A DNA stretch of 37,385 bases from Trueperaceae bacterium (GTDB lineage: Bacteria; Deinococcota; Deinococci; Deinococcales; Trueperaceae): assembly GCA_040905465.1 (NCBI GenBank), contig JBBDRK010000034.1, forward strand, positions 4,002 through 41,386, in the 5' to 3' direction. Position 1 is the stretch's first letter. The number at the start of each line of letters is the position of its first letter. Of this stretch, positions 1-8,842 are shown in pieces. A program made the position numbers and the translations under genes. The notes under the pieces were generated by a model. It had not been told where the DNA came from, made no database searches, and worked only from the letters and a program-made list of their open reading frames with translations.

Positions 1-176
<176 letters not shown>

Positions 177-189
177 GACGAGCACCACT

Positions 190-1395
190 TCATACGATCG
201 ACAACTCCTTCTGCAGCGCCAGGGCCACGGCGCCCAGGGCTCCTGACAGGCGCGAGTGCGCCAGGGTGATCGTCACGGTCTCCAAGTCGGCTGCCGGCAG
301 CCACTCGCTGGCCGCCGGTTGGAGCCGGTCGAGAAACGCGCCGCCCAGGTCGGTCATCGGTCCGGCCAGCGACAGGTGGTCGGGCCGCAACAGCGCCACG
401 GCCCAGGCGAGGAGTGGGGCCACGCGGCTGGCGATCTGATCGATGAGCTCGGCCGCCCGCCGGTCGCCGTTGGCTGCGGCGTAGCGCAGAGCCAGGTAGT
501 CGACCTCGTCGCTGGGGGAAGTGTCCAGCAGCTCGCGCACCGCGCCGGCGAGCCGTCCCGATCCTCCGAGGAGCTCGCCGATCTCCCCGGACTCCGGGCG
601 GCCCCGCGCTACCCTGTCGGGATCGACCGGCGCCCCCGTCCGCGTCGGCGGTACGAGCGGGAAGTGCGGCAGCCGCAGTCCGCTCAGGTCACCGCCGTAA
701 TGGAACGCGCCTCGCTCCAGTGTCACCCCGATCTCCACCCCGCGGTCGAGGAGCAGGGTCACCAGTCGCTGGGGCGACTGGTCGGAAGCTTCACCGAAGG
801 CGTACTGAGCCAGGGCGCTCAACTCGGTGGCGTGCGCAAGATGAACGGGCACCCGATAGCGCCCGGCCAGCGGGGCCGCCACTTGTAGGTCGCGCCAGCC
901 CAGCGGGACCGAACGGCGTACGCCGCCGCTCCTGGTGTCCACCTCACCGGGCAGACCGACGCCTATGCAGAGCAGCGGAGCGTCGAGTTGGGCGCGCAGG
1001 CCGTCGATCACTCCGACGATGAGTTCGAGCGGCCGCTTTGCGTCTAGCTCGACGCGGTGATGGGCGACCACCTGTCCGGCCAGGTCGGTAAGCACCCCGG
1101 TTACCTGAACGTGGTCCACACTCACCCCGATGATCTGCCGGGCGTCCGCCCGGAACTCTATCAAGCGGGGCCGCTTGCCGCCGCTCTCCGACGCCGGGCC
1201 GTGGCCGCCTTCGCTCACCAGCCCCTCGGCGATCAGCTCTGCTACCAGGCTCGAGACGGTGGGCTTGGTGAGCCCGGTCATGTGGGCGAGTGCCGCGCGG
1301 CTGTCGGCCAGGCCCAGATAGACCGCCCGCAGCAGCATCTGGCGGTTGTGCCGCTTGAGCTGCTCGTGGGTGGCTTTGCGCGGCTCCATCGTCAT
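190..1395 (-). CDS. ROK family transcriptional repressor (NagC/XylR-like)
   Basis: N-terminal wHTH (SRAALAHMTGLTKPTVSSLVAELIAEGLV), SGGKRP linker, ROK domain (IGVGLPG, HLSLAG, GALGA). Confidence 0.93.
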   Translation of the reverse strand: MTMEPRKATHEQLKRHNRQMLLRAVYLGLADSRAALAHMTGLTKPTVSSLVAELIAEGLVSEGGHGPASESGGKRPRLIEFRADARQIIGVSVDHVQVTGVLTDLAGQVVAHHRVELDAKRPLELIVGVIDGLRAQLDAPLLCIGVGLPGEVDTRSGGVRRSVPLGWRDLQVAAPLAGRYRVPVHLAHATELSALAQYAFGEASDQSPQRLVTLLLDRGVEIGVTLERGAFHYGGDLSGLRLPHFPLVPPTRTGAPVDPDRVARGRPESGEIGELLGGSGRLAGAVRELLDTSPSDEVDYLALRYAAANGDRRAAELIDQIASRVAPLLAWAVALLRPDHLSLAGPMTDLGGAFLDRLQPAASEWLPAADLETVTITLAHSRLSGALGAVALALQKELSIV

Positions 1396-1396
1396 C

Positions 1397-2920
1397 TCAG
1401 CTCCTGGCCAGGGGGCGAGTCTCGCTTCCCGGCAGCTTCACCGGCAGCACTCCGCTCGCCTCGATCTCGCCGAACAGTATCCTGACCGCGGCCTCGGTGT
1501 TGGCAGGGCGTATCCCGTAGGTGCACAGGCAGGGAGCTTCGGGTGGGCCTACGGTGAGGTCGGCAGGGCTGCGAAGCGCCAGGTGGACGATCTTCTTGCC
1601 GGCGCCGTGCAGATGCTCGAGCAATCCGCGTTGCGCCGGATCCTCGATGGCGTTGACCGTTCCCACCAGGATCGTGGAGCAGCCGTCGAGCGCCCGCAGG
1701 ACGTCCGACAGTCTTCCTCGGCCGGCACCGTAGGGCAGTGTGGTCATATTCAGGTGAGCGTGCCGCTCACGCACCTGCCTGGCGAACTGCAGCTCCACGC
1801 CTGAGGAGGTGTCGGCCGGGCTGAGGTCTCCGGCTTCCACTACCACCAGACCCAACAGCTCATCGCTCGAGATGACGAGCGGCAGACTGCCGGCTCCGCG
1901 GACAACCGTCACGGCCCGCTCGGCGATGGCCTGCGCCAGCTCGCGGTGCTCGCGCCGGCCGATCGTCCCGAAGTCGGGGAGCTCCGGCGGCAGCTCGCTG
2001 CGAGCCCGCTCTATGCGTTCGAGGCTCGGCCGCCGGTAGCGCGTGGCGAAGCGTTTGAGAAGCTCCTGTTGCTCAGGCAGGTGCCCGAGCAGCACCAGAT
2101 CGGCTCCCGCCTCGAGGGCTTGGCCGACGCGAACCTCGGCCGGCCCGTCGGCGACCGCCCGCATGTCCATGGCGTCAGTGATAGTGAGTCCGGAGTAGTG
2201 AAGTTCGCCGCGCAGCAGGTCGGTCAGGAGCGCGCGCGACAGCGTGGCAGGCGCGTCGTCGATCGCCGGGTAGCGAACGTGGGCGCTCATGATGGCCTTT
2301 ACCCCCGCGGCTATCGCAGCCCGGAACGGCACCAGCTCTAGCAGTTCGAGGTGGGCGCGGTTGCGAGTGACGACCGGCGCCTCGTGGTGGGAGTCCAGTT
2401 CGGTGTCGCCGTGCCCGGGAAAGTGCTTGGCCGTCGCCAGGACTCCCGCGCCCTGCAGTCCTCGAATCGTGGCCACTCCCAACGACGCCACCAGTTTGGG
2501 GTCATCGCCATAGGCGCGAGTTCCCACCACTGCGCTGCTCAAGTGGCCGGCTAGGTCGAGCACAGGTGCGAAGTCGAGGTTACAACCGAGCGCCAGCAGC
2601 TCGAGCCCCAGGACCTGGCCGGCTTGCTCGGCGAGCTCCTCGGAGCGGGTGGCCCCCAGCGCCATGTTGCCGGGAAGCTCGGTGGCGCCCCCCGTGACCG
2701 CCATCAACTGGCCACCCTCCTGGTCGATGCCGATCAGCGGGGGGTGTTGGCCGCCGAGCCGAGCCGCCTCGTGCAGAGCCGACGTCGCCTCCCGTAGTTG
2801 CGCGGGGGACGAGACGTTGTAGTCGAACAGGCAGACGGCGGCGATGTCACCGTTCGATACGCCTTCGAGCACCCAGTCGGGCGGTGTGAGCCCGAGAAAG
2901 CTGACCATCAGCTGCCCCAT
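1397..2920 (-). CDS. nagZ: GH3 beta-N-acetylhexosaminidase (NagZ-type), cytoplasmic, two-domain
   Basis: IDQEGG, KHFPGHGDTELDSH (NagZ D-x-H dyad), nucleophile motif ITDAMDM; no signal peptide. Confidence 0.88.
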   Translation of the reverse strand: MGQLMVSFLGLTPPDWVLEGVSNGDIAAVCLFDYNVSSPAQLREATSALHEAARLGGQHPPLIGIDQEGGQLMAVTGGATELPGNMALGATRSEELAEQAGQVLGLELLALGCNLDFAPVLDLAGHLSSAVVGTRAYGDDPKLVASLGVATIRGLQGAGVLATAKHFPGHGDTELDSHHEAPVVTRNRAHLELLELVPFRAAIAAGVKAIMSAHVRYPAIDDAPATLSRALLTDLLRGELHYSGLTITDAMDMRAVADGPAEVRVGQALEAGADLVLLGHLPEQQELLKRFATRYRRPSLERIERARSELPPELPDFGTIGRREHRELAQAIAERAVTVVRGAGSLPLVISSDELLGLVVVEAGDLSPADTSSGVELQFARQVRERHAHLNMTTLPYGAGRGRLSDVLRALDGCSTILVGTVNAIEDPAQRGLLEHLHGAGKKIVHLALRSPADLTVGPPEAPCLCTYGIRPANTEAAVRILFGEIEASGVLPVKLPGSETRPLARS

Positions 2921-2924
2921 GGCA

Positions 2925-3824
2925 CTAACCCTTCGACCCGGTCATGGTGATGCCCTCGATGAAGTAGCGCTGGGTCAGCAGGAACACGACGAGCACCGGA
3001 ATCACGAAGAGAACGCTGGCTGCCATGATCTCTTGCCAGGGCAGCGGCGACTCCTGGAGGTTGTTCTTCTGGGCGACGTAGATAGGCATGGTGAACAGCT
3101 CGGCTTTCTGGAGGTAGATGAGGGGTTGAATCAGGTTGTTCCACTGGGCCACGAACAGGAACACCGAGATGGTGGCGACCGCCGGCCGCGACAGGGGCAG
3201 GATCACGTACCACCAGGTCTGCAACGGATTGGCGCCGTCGATCATCGCCGCCTCGTCGAGCTCCTTGGGGATGGTGAGCATGAACTGCCTGAGCAGGAAC
3301 ACCAGCGCGGCGCCGCCCGCGAAGAAGCCGGGGATGGTGATCGGGTTGAAGGTTCGGATCCAGCCGAGCTCGTAGAACATCACGTACTGCGGCACCAGCG
3401 TCGCCTGCACCGGCAGCATCAGCGTTCCCATCATCAGGGCGAACACCAGGTTGCGCCCCGGCCATCTCAGTCGACTGAAGGCGAAAGACACCAACGTTAT
3501 CGAGCCGACGGTTCCGAGCAGCGAGAGCGTGACCGTGAAAAAGCTGTTTCCGTAGGCGCGCCAGAAGCTCCGCTCGCTGAGCAGCTCTGAGTAGTTCGAC
3601 CACCGGGGGCTCTCTGGGAGCATGCGCAGTTGTGGCCGGCCGACCTCCTCGATCGTCTTCAGCGAGGTGCCCGTCATCCAGGCCACCGGGAACAGGAAGA
3701 AACCTGCAGAGCCTGCCAGAGTCAGGTAGAGGAGTGCCGCTCCCAGCGTGCGCTTGAATCGGATGCCGGCCAGCGCCGGGCGAACCTTGGGGCGGCTCGG
3801 TATTGCTGCGTTTCGGGTGGTCAC
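2925..3824 (-). CDS. Carbohydrate ABC transporter permease (MalG-like)
   Basis: EAA loop (ELDEAAMIDGA), multiple TM segments, C-terminal QRYFIEGITMTGSKG. Confidence 0.95.
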   Translation of the reverse strand: MTTRNAAIPSRPKVRPALAGIRFKRTLGAALLYLTLAGSAGFFLFPVAWMTGTSLKTIEEVGRPQLRMLPESPRWSNYSELLSERSFWRAYGNSFFTVTLSLLGTVGSITLVSFAFSRLRWPGRNLVFALMMGTLMLPVQATLVPQYVMFYELGWIRTFNPITIPGFFAGGAALVFLLRQFMLTIPKELDEAAMIDGANPLQTWWYVILPLSRPAVATISVFLFVAQWNNLIQPLIYLQKAELFTMPIYVAQKNNLQESPLPWQEIMAASVLFVIPVLVVFLLTQRYFIEGITMTGSKG

Positions 3825-3827
3825 TTC

Positions 3828-5639
3828 TCAGCCCTCATAGTGGACCCAGCGGCTGTAGCGGAACTGGAAGACGGTGAGGATCACTATGATTACCGCCAGG
3901 ATCCAGGAGGCCGCGGAACCCTGGCCTATCTCCAGTTGTCGGAACGTTCGCACGTACAGGAAGTACGCCGCCGAAGCGAGGCTGCTTTCGGTCTGGGTGG
4001 TCTGGATGATGTAGACCGCCTCGAAGGTCTGCAGGGCGGCGATCAGGCCGATGACAACGTTGTAGAACATGGCGGGCGAGATCATCGGCAAGGTTATCCG
4101 GAAGAAGCGCTGAAACGGCCCGGCGCCGTCGACCTCGGCCGCCTCGTACAGCGCCCGGGGAACGCCCTTGAGGGCCGCCAGGAAGATGAGCATGCCGGTG
4201 CCGGAACTCCACATGGTGATGAGCACCAGCGAGGGTTTCGACCAGAGCTCGCTCTGCAGCCACAGCGGCACCCGGTTGAGCTCGGGAAAGCCGGCGGTGA
4301 CCTGGCGGAAGAGGGCGAAGTGATGGGTGGTGGCGCCGGTCTCAACCGAGATGGCGGTGAAGGCGGCGAAGTAGCGTGCTCCGTCCAGCATCGAGCCAAC
4401 GGCCAGCAGCGCCAGTGCCAGGCCCGACGCTCCGAGCAGGAGCCCGCGCCCGCGAGCGGTCAGGGCCGGGAGCAGCGAACCGGCGGCAACCGCCGCCAAC
4501 AGCGCCCAGATCCAGCCGGCCGCGGGAAGCGAGGCGGGGAAGGCCACGCGCAAGTACTCGAGGTCCTCGGGCAGCTCCAGCGGACTGCGCAGCAGCAGGA
4601 GCGACGCCAACGAGCCGAAGCTCCCCTGTTCGAGCCACAGCAGCCGGGCGAGCAGCGCAGCGGCGAAGCCCACCGCCGCGACAGCCAGGCCGCGTGCTAC
4701 GCCGGTCGACATCCTGCTGCCTGCCAGGCGCCGCGTGGTCAGGGTGAAAACGATCAGGGTGACAACCAGTAAGAGCCCCAGCCACGTGGCCGGATCGATC
4801 GGATCGGCTACCAGGCCGCGGCCCAGCAGCGAGACGGCCAGGACGATACCGATCACTTCGACCGTCCTGGTTGCCGTTTCCCGCTTGGCGGCGTCCCATG
4901 GTCCGGAGATCAGGTAGGCGCACAGGCCGGCGCCCAACAGCGCCGCCGGGGTATAGACGAATGCGCCGACAGGATCGCCGCGCGCCACTCCCGAATAGAA
5001 GGAGTTGAAGCCTTCGACAAGATAGATGAAGCCGCGGTAGAGCACCCCGAACAGAGGCAGAGACTCGGCGACGCGTTGCAGCGACAGATTGACGAAACCG
5101 CCGTTCGAGGCCAGCATGTAGCGCCATGCCAGCAGTATCGCCGGGCCGCCGGCCAGAATGACCGGCAGGTAGAAGATCAGTCGGAATAGGCCGATGCCGG
5201 GGAGCGGGCGGCTCACCAGCAGGGCCATGCCCAGGGCGGTGGCGATCTGCAGGGGCACGCCGACCAGAGCGTAGTAGAAGCTGTTGAACATCGCCTGGGT
5301 GAAGCGGCGTCCGTGGGCGCCAGCCCCGTCGATGAGTATGCGGTAGTTCTCCCAGCCGATCCATTCCAGGGGGCGGCCGAGCTGGTAGTCGGTGAAGCTG
5401 TAGAACAGCGAGGCGGCTGCCGGACCTACCACGAAGATGACGAATCCCAGGATCCAGGGGGCGGCGAAAGCGTAGCCCCAGAACGCGCGCCGCTGAAGCG
5501 CGGGCGTGCCGCCTCTCCAGCGGGTGGTAAAGCTGGCGAGGCGGCCGAGCGCCACGCTGCCGGCCGCGATGAAGGCGATGGTGGCCAGCGACCAGTAGAC
5601 GTTGTAGAGCCGGGCGGCCACGGTGGGATCGATGTTCAT
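3828..5639 (-). CDS. Carbohydrate ABC transporter permease (MalF-like) with a large internal hydrophobic insertion
   Basis: IGWENY, FYLP and EAA loop (LYEAAEVDGA) are present but the protein is ~600 aa; start uncertain (ATG 5639 or TTG 5666). Confidence 0.9.
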   Translation of the reverse strand: MNIDPTVAARLYNVYWSLATIAFIAAGSVALGRLASFTTRWRGGTPALQRRAFWGYAFAAPWILGFVIFVVGPAAASLFYSFTDYQLGRPLEWIGWENYRILIDGAGAHGRRFTQAMFNSFYYALVGVPLQIATALGMALLVSRPLPGIGLFRLIFYLPVILAGGPAILLAWRYMLASNGGFVNLSLQRVAESLPLFGVLYRGFIYLVEGFNSFYSGVARGDPVGAFVYTPAALLGAGLCAYLISGPWDAAKRETATRTVEVIGIVLAVSLLGRGLVADPIDPATWLGLLLVVTLIVFTLTTRRLAGSRMSTGVARGLAVAAVGFAAALLARLLWLEQGSFGSLASLLLLRSPLELPEDLEYLRVAFPASLPAAGWIWALLAAVAAGSLLPALTARGRGLLLGASGLALALLAVGSMLDGARYFAAFTAISVETGATTHHFALFRQVTAGFPELNRVPLWLQSELWSKPSLVLITMWSSGTGMLIFLAALKGVPRALYEAAEVDGAGPFQRFFRITLPMISPAMFYNVVIGLIAALQTFEAVYIIQTTQTESSLASAAYFLYVRTFRQLEIGQGSAASWILAVIIVILTVFQFRYSRWVHYEG

Positions 5640-5674
5640 TTGGGCATCAATGATCGCGCGAGACAAGGAGGGGA

Positions 5675-5706
5675 CGTACCGGCCGGACCTCGGTCCGGCC
5701 GGTACG
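5675..5706 (-). terminator. GC-rich stem-loop between binding-protein and permease genes (mRNA stabiliser or partial terminator)
   Basis: Perfect inverted repeat CGTACCGGCCGGAC-ctcg-GTCCGGCCGGTACG; no clear U-tract. Confidence 0.7.
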
Positions 5707-5714
5707 CCTTCTCA

Positions 5715-6962
5715 TCAGAGGTGGCCGCTGTCCTCCAGAATGGAGTCGTACTCCTCCTTGAGGAACCGTTGGGTGTCGGCAAGGCTCTGCTGATCGCTGA
5801 GGAAGAGCGAAACCTGCTCGACGATCAGTGGCCGCAGCTCGGCACTTGCCCTGATGTCCGAGAAGCCACGCCCGTTCTCGACCGCGAGGTCGAGCATCTG
5901 CGACCACACCGGGCTGCCGGCGCGGATCTCGGCCCAGGCGTCCTGGCGGGTAGGCGTGAATCCGGCGACCGAGTTCAGCTCGATGGCGTTCTCGCGCGAG
6001 CCGATGAACTCGAGGAATTCGACGGCGAGTTCCGGGTCTTCGACATAGGCAGGTACCGAGAGCCAATCGGTGAAGACCTGCACGAGCGGCTGGCCGCCCG
6101 GTCCCGCCGGATAAGGTGCGATTACGATGTCGTTCCAGATGGCGTCGCTGGTAGGGGGCATATTCCACATCGGGAAGATGCCGCTGATGACCAGACCGGA
6201 GGCGATGGGCGGACCCTGGACCGGGGGCAGGCCGGCGGTAGTCTCGGTGGGCAGAACGGCTCGTCTGCGGTCGTACATGAACTGCAGCGCCTGTGCGGTC
6301 TGCTCGCTGTCGAAGGCGCTGCTGCCGTCGGCGCCGTACAGTTCGCCGCCTGCACTCCAGATGTAGGCGATGAACTCCTGGGCATCGAACAGGCCACTTC
6401 CGATGTCCATGAAGCCCATCTTCTGGACGGCGCCGTCAGCTACCGCGGTGTTGGCAGTCACGAACGCCAGAGAGTCCTCGAAGGTCAGTGCCGGAACGGC
6501 GGCCGGGTCGGCTGCCAGGTCGCGCCGGTAAAACATCGGGCGCGGGCTCATCAGCAGCGGGAGGCCGCGCAGGTGGCCGTCCCAGCTCGCGGTTGCGAGC
6601 GCGGCCGGCAGGAACTGCTCGAGATCGGGCCAGTCGCCGATGTAGGGGTCGATGTCGGTGAGCAGCTCACCGTAACTGGCGGCATACTCGGAACCGAGAT
6701 AGACGATGTCGGGTCCGTCGCCGGTGGTTATCCAGCCGGCTACCGCGGCGTCGAAGTCGCCCCAGCCGCCGGTCAGGATCTCGAGTTGAACGTCGGGGTG
6801 GCTTTCCTGGAAGCGCGGGAAGGCATCATCGCGGAACCAGTCGAGGGTGTCCTCGGTGAGCCCGGTGATGTAGACCTCGAGGGTCTGCCGCTGGGCGGAC
6901 CCGAGGGTAAGGGTGGCCAGGAGCAGCGCCAGCAGCGCGGCGGGTAGCATTCTCTTGTTCAC
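5715..6962 (-). CDS. Sugar ABC transporter substrate-binding protein
   Basis: Signal peptide MNKRMLPAALLALLLATLTLGSAQ, GDGPDIV, MFYRRDL; RBS (aaagga) upstream; first gene of the operon. Confidence 0.93.
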   Translation of the reverse strand: MNKRMLPAALLALLLATLTLGSAQRQTLEVYITGLTEDTLDWFRDDAFPRFQESHPDVQLEILTGGWGDFDAAVAGWITTGDGPDIVYLGSEYAASYGELLTDIDPYIGDWPDLEQFLPAALATASWDGHLRGLPLLMSPRPMFYRRDLAADPAAVPALTFEDSLAFVTANTAVADGAVQKMGFMDIGSGLFDAQEFIAYIWSAGGELYGADGSSAFDSEQTAQALQFMYDRRRAVLPTETTAGLPPVQGPPIASGLVISGIFPMWNMPPTSDAIWNDIVIAPYPAGPGGQPLVQVFTDWLSVPAYVEDPELAVEFLEFIGSRENAIELNSVAGFTPTRQDAWAEIRAGSPVWSQMLDLAVENGRGFSDIRASAELRPLIVEQVSLFLSDQQSLADTQRFLKEEYDSILEDSGHL

Positions 6963-7046
6963 GTTACGGTTCCTTTCGGCAAAGAACGTCGTTATTCCCC
7001 ACCGGAAGGCGGAGAAGTGGAAGCCGGCGGCTCTGACCTCCCTTCG

Positions 7047-7067
7047 TTAGTAAGGAAACCTTACTTA
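7047..7067. promoter_or_regulatory. Probable ROK repressor operator
   Basis: AT-rich palindrome AGTAAGG-aaa-CCTTACT (7049-7065) with TTAG..TTA flanks, just downstream of the predicted transcription start. Confidence 0.75.
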
Positions 7068-7077
7068 GTGATGCCGT

Positions 7078-7106
7078 AGCTTAGAGCCTGGCTCTTGCCG
7101 TGTCAA
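7078..7106 (-). promoter_or_regulatory. sigma70-type promoter of the amino-sugar operon
   Basis: Minus-strand TTGACA (7106-7101), 17-bp spacer, TAAGCT (7083-7078). Confidence 0.8.
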
Positions 7107-7165
7107 TAGGAACTCGGTTTGCTCGCAGGTCGTCGTTGATAAGGACGAGGATGCGGAGGGCGGCG

Positions 7166-7588
7166 TCAGCCCAGTTCGAGGCCGCCGAGGAGTCGCCGCA
7201 ACGCGGCCAGGAATCCCTTGAACACCGGCGGCTGACGGTCCGAGCGGCTATGCGGATAGGGGTTGGCACCTGCCGAGGCGAGTTTCCTGTCGCCCGCCTC
7301 GATCTGAACGCTCCAGGAAGTCCCGTCCTGCAGCGGCGTTTCGCTTGCATACGTCTGTGGCCACGACCACAGGTCGTGCTCGTCGAGCCACTGCCAGAAG
7401 ATCTTCCAGTCGTGAGGCGCCGGGTTCACGAGTCGAACGATGCGGAGCTCGAAACCAGGGTCATAGACACGATACTCGAGGGCATCACCGGTCCAGTGGA
7501 CTTCGAAACTTTCGCCGGTGTAGCCGCCGATGCCGAAGCGGAGCTTGTTCGGGTGGAGCGGTTTGGACGCGGCATACCGATCGGCCAT
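7166..7588 (-). CDS. Hypothetical protein (140 aa, Trp-rich)
   Basis: Strong RBS (aggagggg) before ATG; globular-protein composition; DGTSWSV...GANPYP motif. Confidence 0.75.
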   Translation of the reverse strand: MADRYAASKPLHPNKLRFGIGGYTGESFEVHWTGDALEYRVYDPGFELRIVRLVNPAPHDWKIFWQWLDEHDLWSWPQTYASETPLQDGTSWSVQIEAGDRKLASAGANPYPHSRSDRQPPVFKGFLAALRRLLGGLELG

Positions 7589-7879
7589 TTCCCCTCCTGG
7601 GTGATCACCGTACGGTGCCGGTTCTCACGGAAGTCTGAAGTAGGCGCAGGCGTGGAGGCACTGCGCGCCGCTATCCTAGCCGCACCCGGCGCAGGGCGGT
7701 TCCGTAATTAATGAAGGTCTCTTCGTGAAGCACGCCCTATTCGGGCCCGTCTCGGTGTCTACGCCGACGGTGTGGACGACGCTTCGAGAACGCCGGACCG
7801 TGGCGGGCCCGCGGCTGGTGACCGATTCGCCGTGCGCTATCGTATGTGAGATCGGATATTGGAGGAGGTCACAGAACCG

Positions 7880-8152
7880 ATGGGCAGGCTCGACCACTGC
7901 TTCCTGCTGAAGATGCGAGACGGCCGCAGCGGCATGGCGTTCTGCGCTGCCGGGGAGCGAAATATCGAACGAGCTCGCGATGAAGCGTCTCGGGCGCTGG
8001 AGCGCGAGGAGTACGGGCAAGAATCGGAGCTGGCATACCTGGGGCTGCTCGACTATCGCCAGGTGGAAGACTCGGCAACCGACATGTTGGGTGCGTTCAT
8101 CAAGCGCGGCCCGGTATGGCTCGCTTTCTTCGAAGCGGGAGAGGCACCTTGA
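7880..8152 (+). CDS. Small hypothetical protein (90 aa) immediately upstream of ubiX
   Basis: GGAGGAGG at 7861-7868 before ATG 7880; stop lies 2 nt before the ubiX ATG. Confidence 0.7.
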   Translation: MGRLDHCFLLKMRDGRSGMAFCAAGERNIERARDEASRALEREEYGQESELAYLGLLDYRQVEDSATDMLGAFIKRGPVWLAFFEAGEAP

Positions 8153-8154
8153 CT

Positions 8155-8757
8155 ATGAGACTGGTCGTCGGCATCAGCGGTGCCTCTGGCGCCATTTACG
8201 GCATCCGAGCGCTCGAAGTGTTGCGCGAGCTGGGCGTCGAGACACACCTGGTCTTGACCGCCGGGGCCCGTGCAACCATCGCCTATGAAACCGAGTACGA
8301 CACCGAGCGGGTCAAGGAGTTGGCGTCGGTGGTCCACAACGAGCAGAACCTGGGGGGCGCCATAGCCAGCGGTTCATTCCGGACCGATGGGATGCTGGTA
8401 GCCCCCTGCTCCGTGAAATCGTTGTCCGGCATCGCCAACAGCTACGATGACAATCTGCTCATTCGCGCCGCCGACGTGGTGCTCAAGGAGCGCCGCAAAC
8501 TGGTCCTGATGGTGCGTGAGAGCCCGTTGCACGCCGGGCACTTAAGGTTGATGAGCCAAGCCACCGAGAACGGCGCCGTGATTCTGCCACCGATGCCGGC
8601 GTTCTACCACCAGCCCCGCACTATCGCCGACCTCGTCGACCAGGGGGTCGGCAAGGCGCTCGACCAGTTCGGCCTCGATGCCGGCCTGTTCGACCGCTGG
8701 GAGGGGAGCGCCAAGGCGGGCCGCGAGGCGAAGCTTAGGCGCGACGGGGACGAGTAA
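8155..8757 (+). CDS. ubiX: Flavin prenyltransferase UbiX/Pad1
   Basis: VGISGASG, IASGS, APCS, RAADVVLKERRKLVLMVRESP, PPMPAFYHQP. Confidence 0.96.
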   Translation: MRLVVGISGASGAIYGIRALEVLRELGVETHLVLTAGARATIAYETEYDTERVKELASVVHNEQNLGGAIASGSFRTDGMLVAPCSVKSLSGIANSYDDNLLIRAADVVLKERRKLVLMVRESPLHAGHLRLMSQATENGAVILPPMPAFYHQPRTIADLVDQGVGKALDQFGLDAGLFDRWEGSAKAGREAKLRRDGDE

Positions 8758-8842
8758 AGGGTCGCCGGTTCTCCCGAGGGCTCGGCCGTCGAGCAGGTCC
8801 AACTAAGGCTCGGCCCGTCGTGGAGTCCGCGCTGAGGCTCGT

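Noticed and set aside
5313-6947. Long antisense or alternate-frame ORFs (e.g. 5313-6947+, 8604-10070-, 15877-16995-, 23005-24273-, 29053-30330-, 31987-33213-, 36032-37333-)
   Set aside because: They shadow well-supported genes, are Arg/Gly/Pro-rich without motifs, and are expected in high-GC DNA with few stop codons
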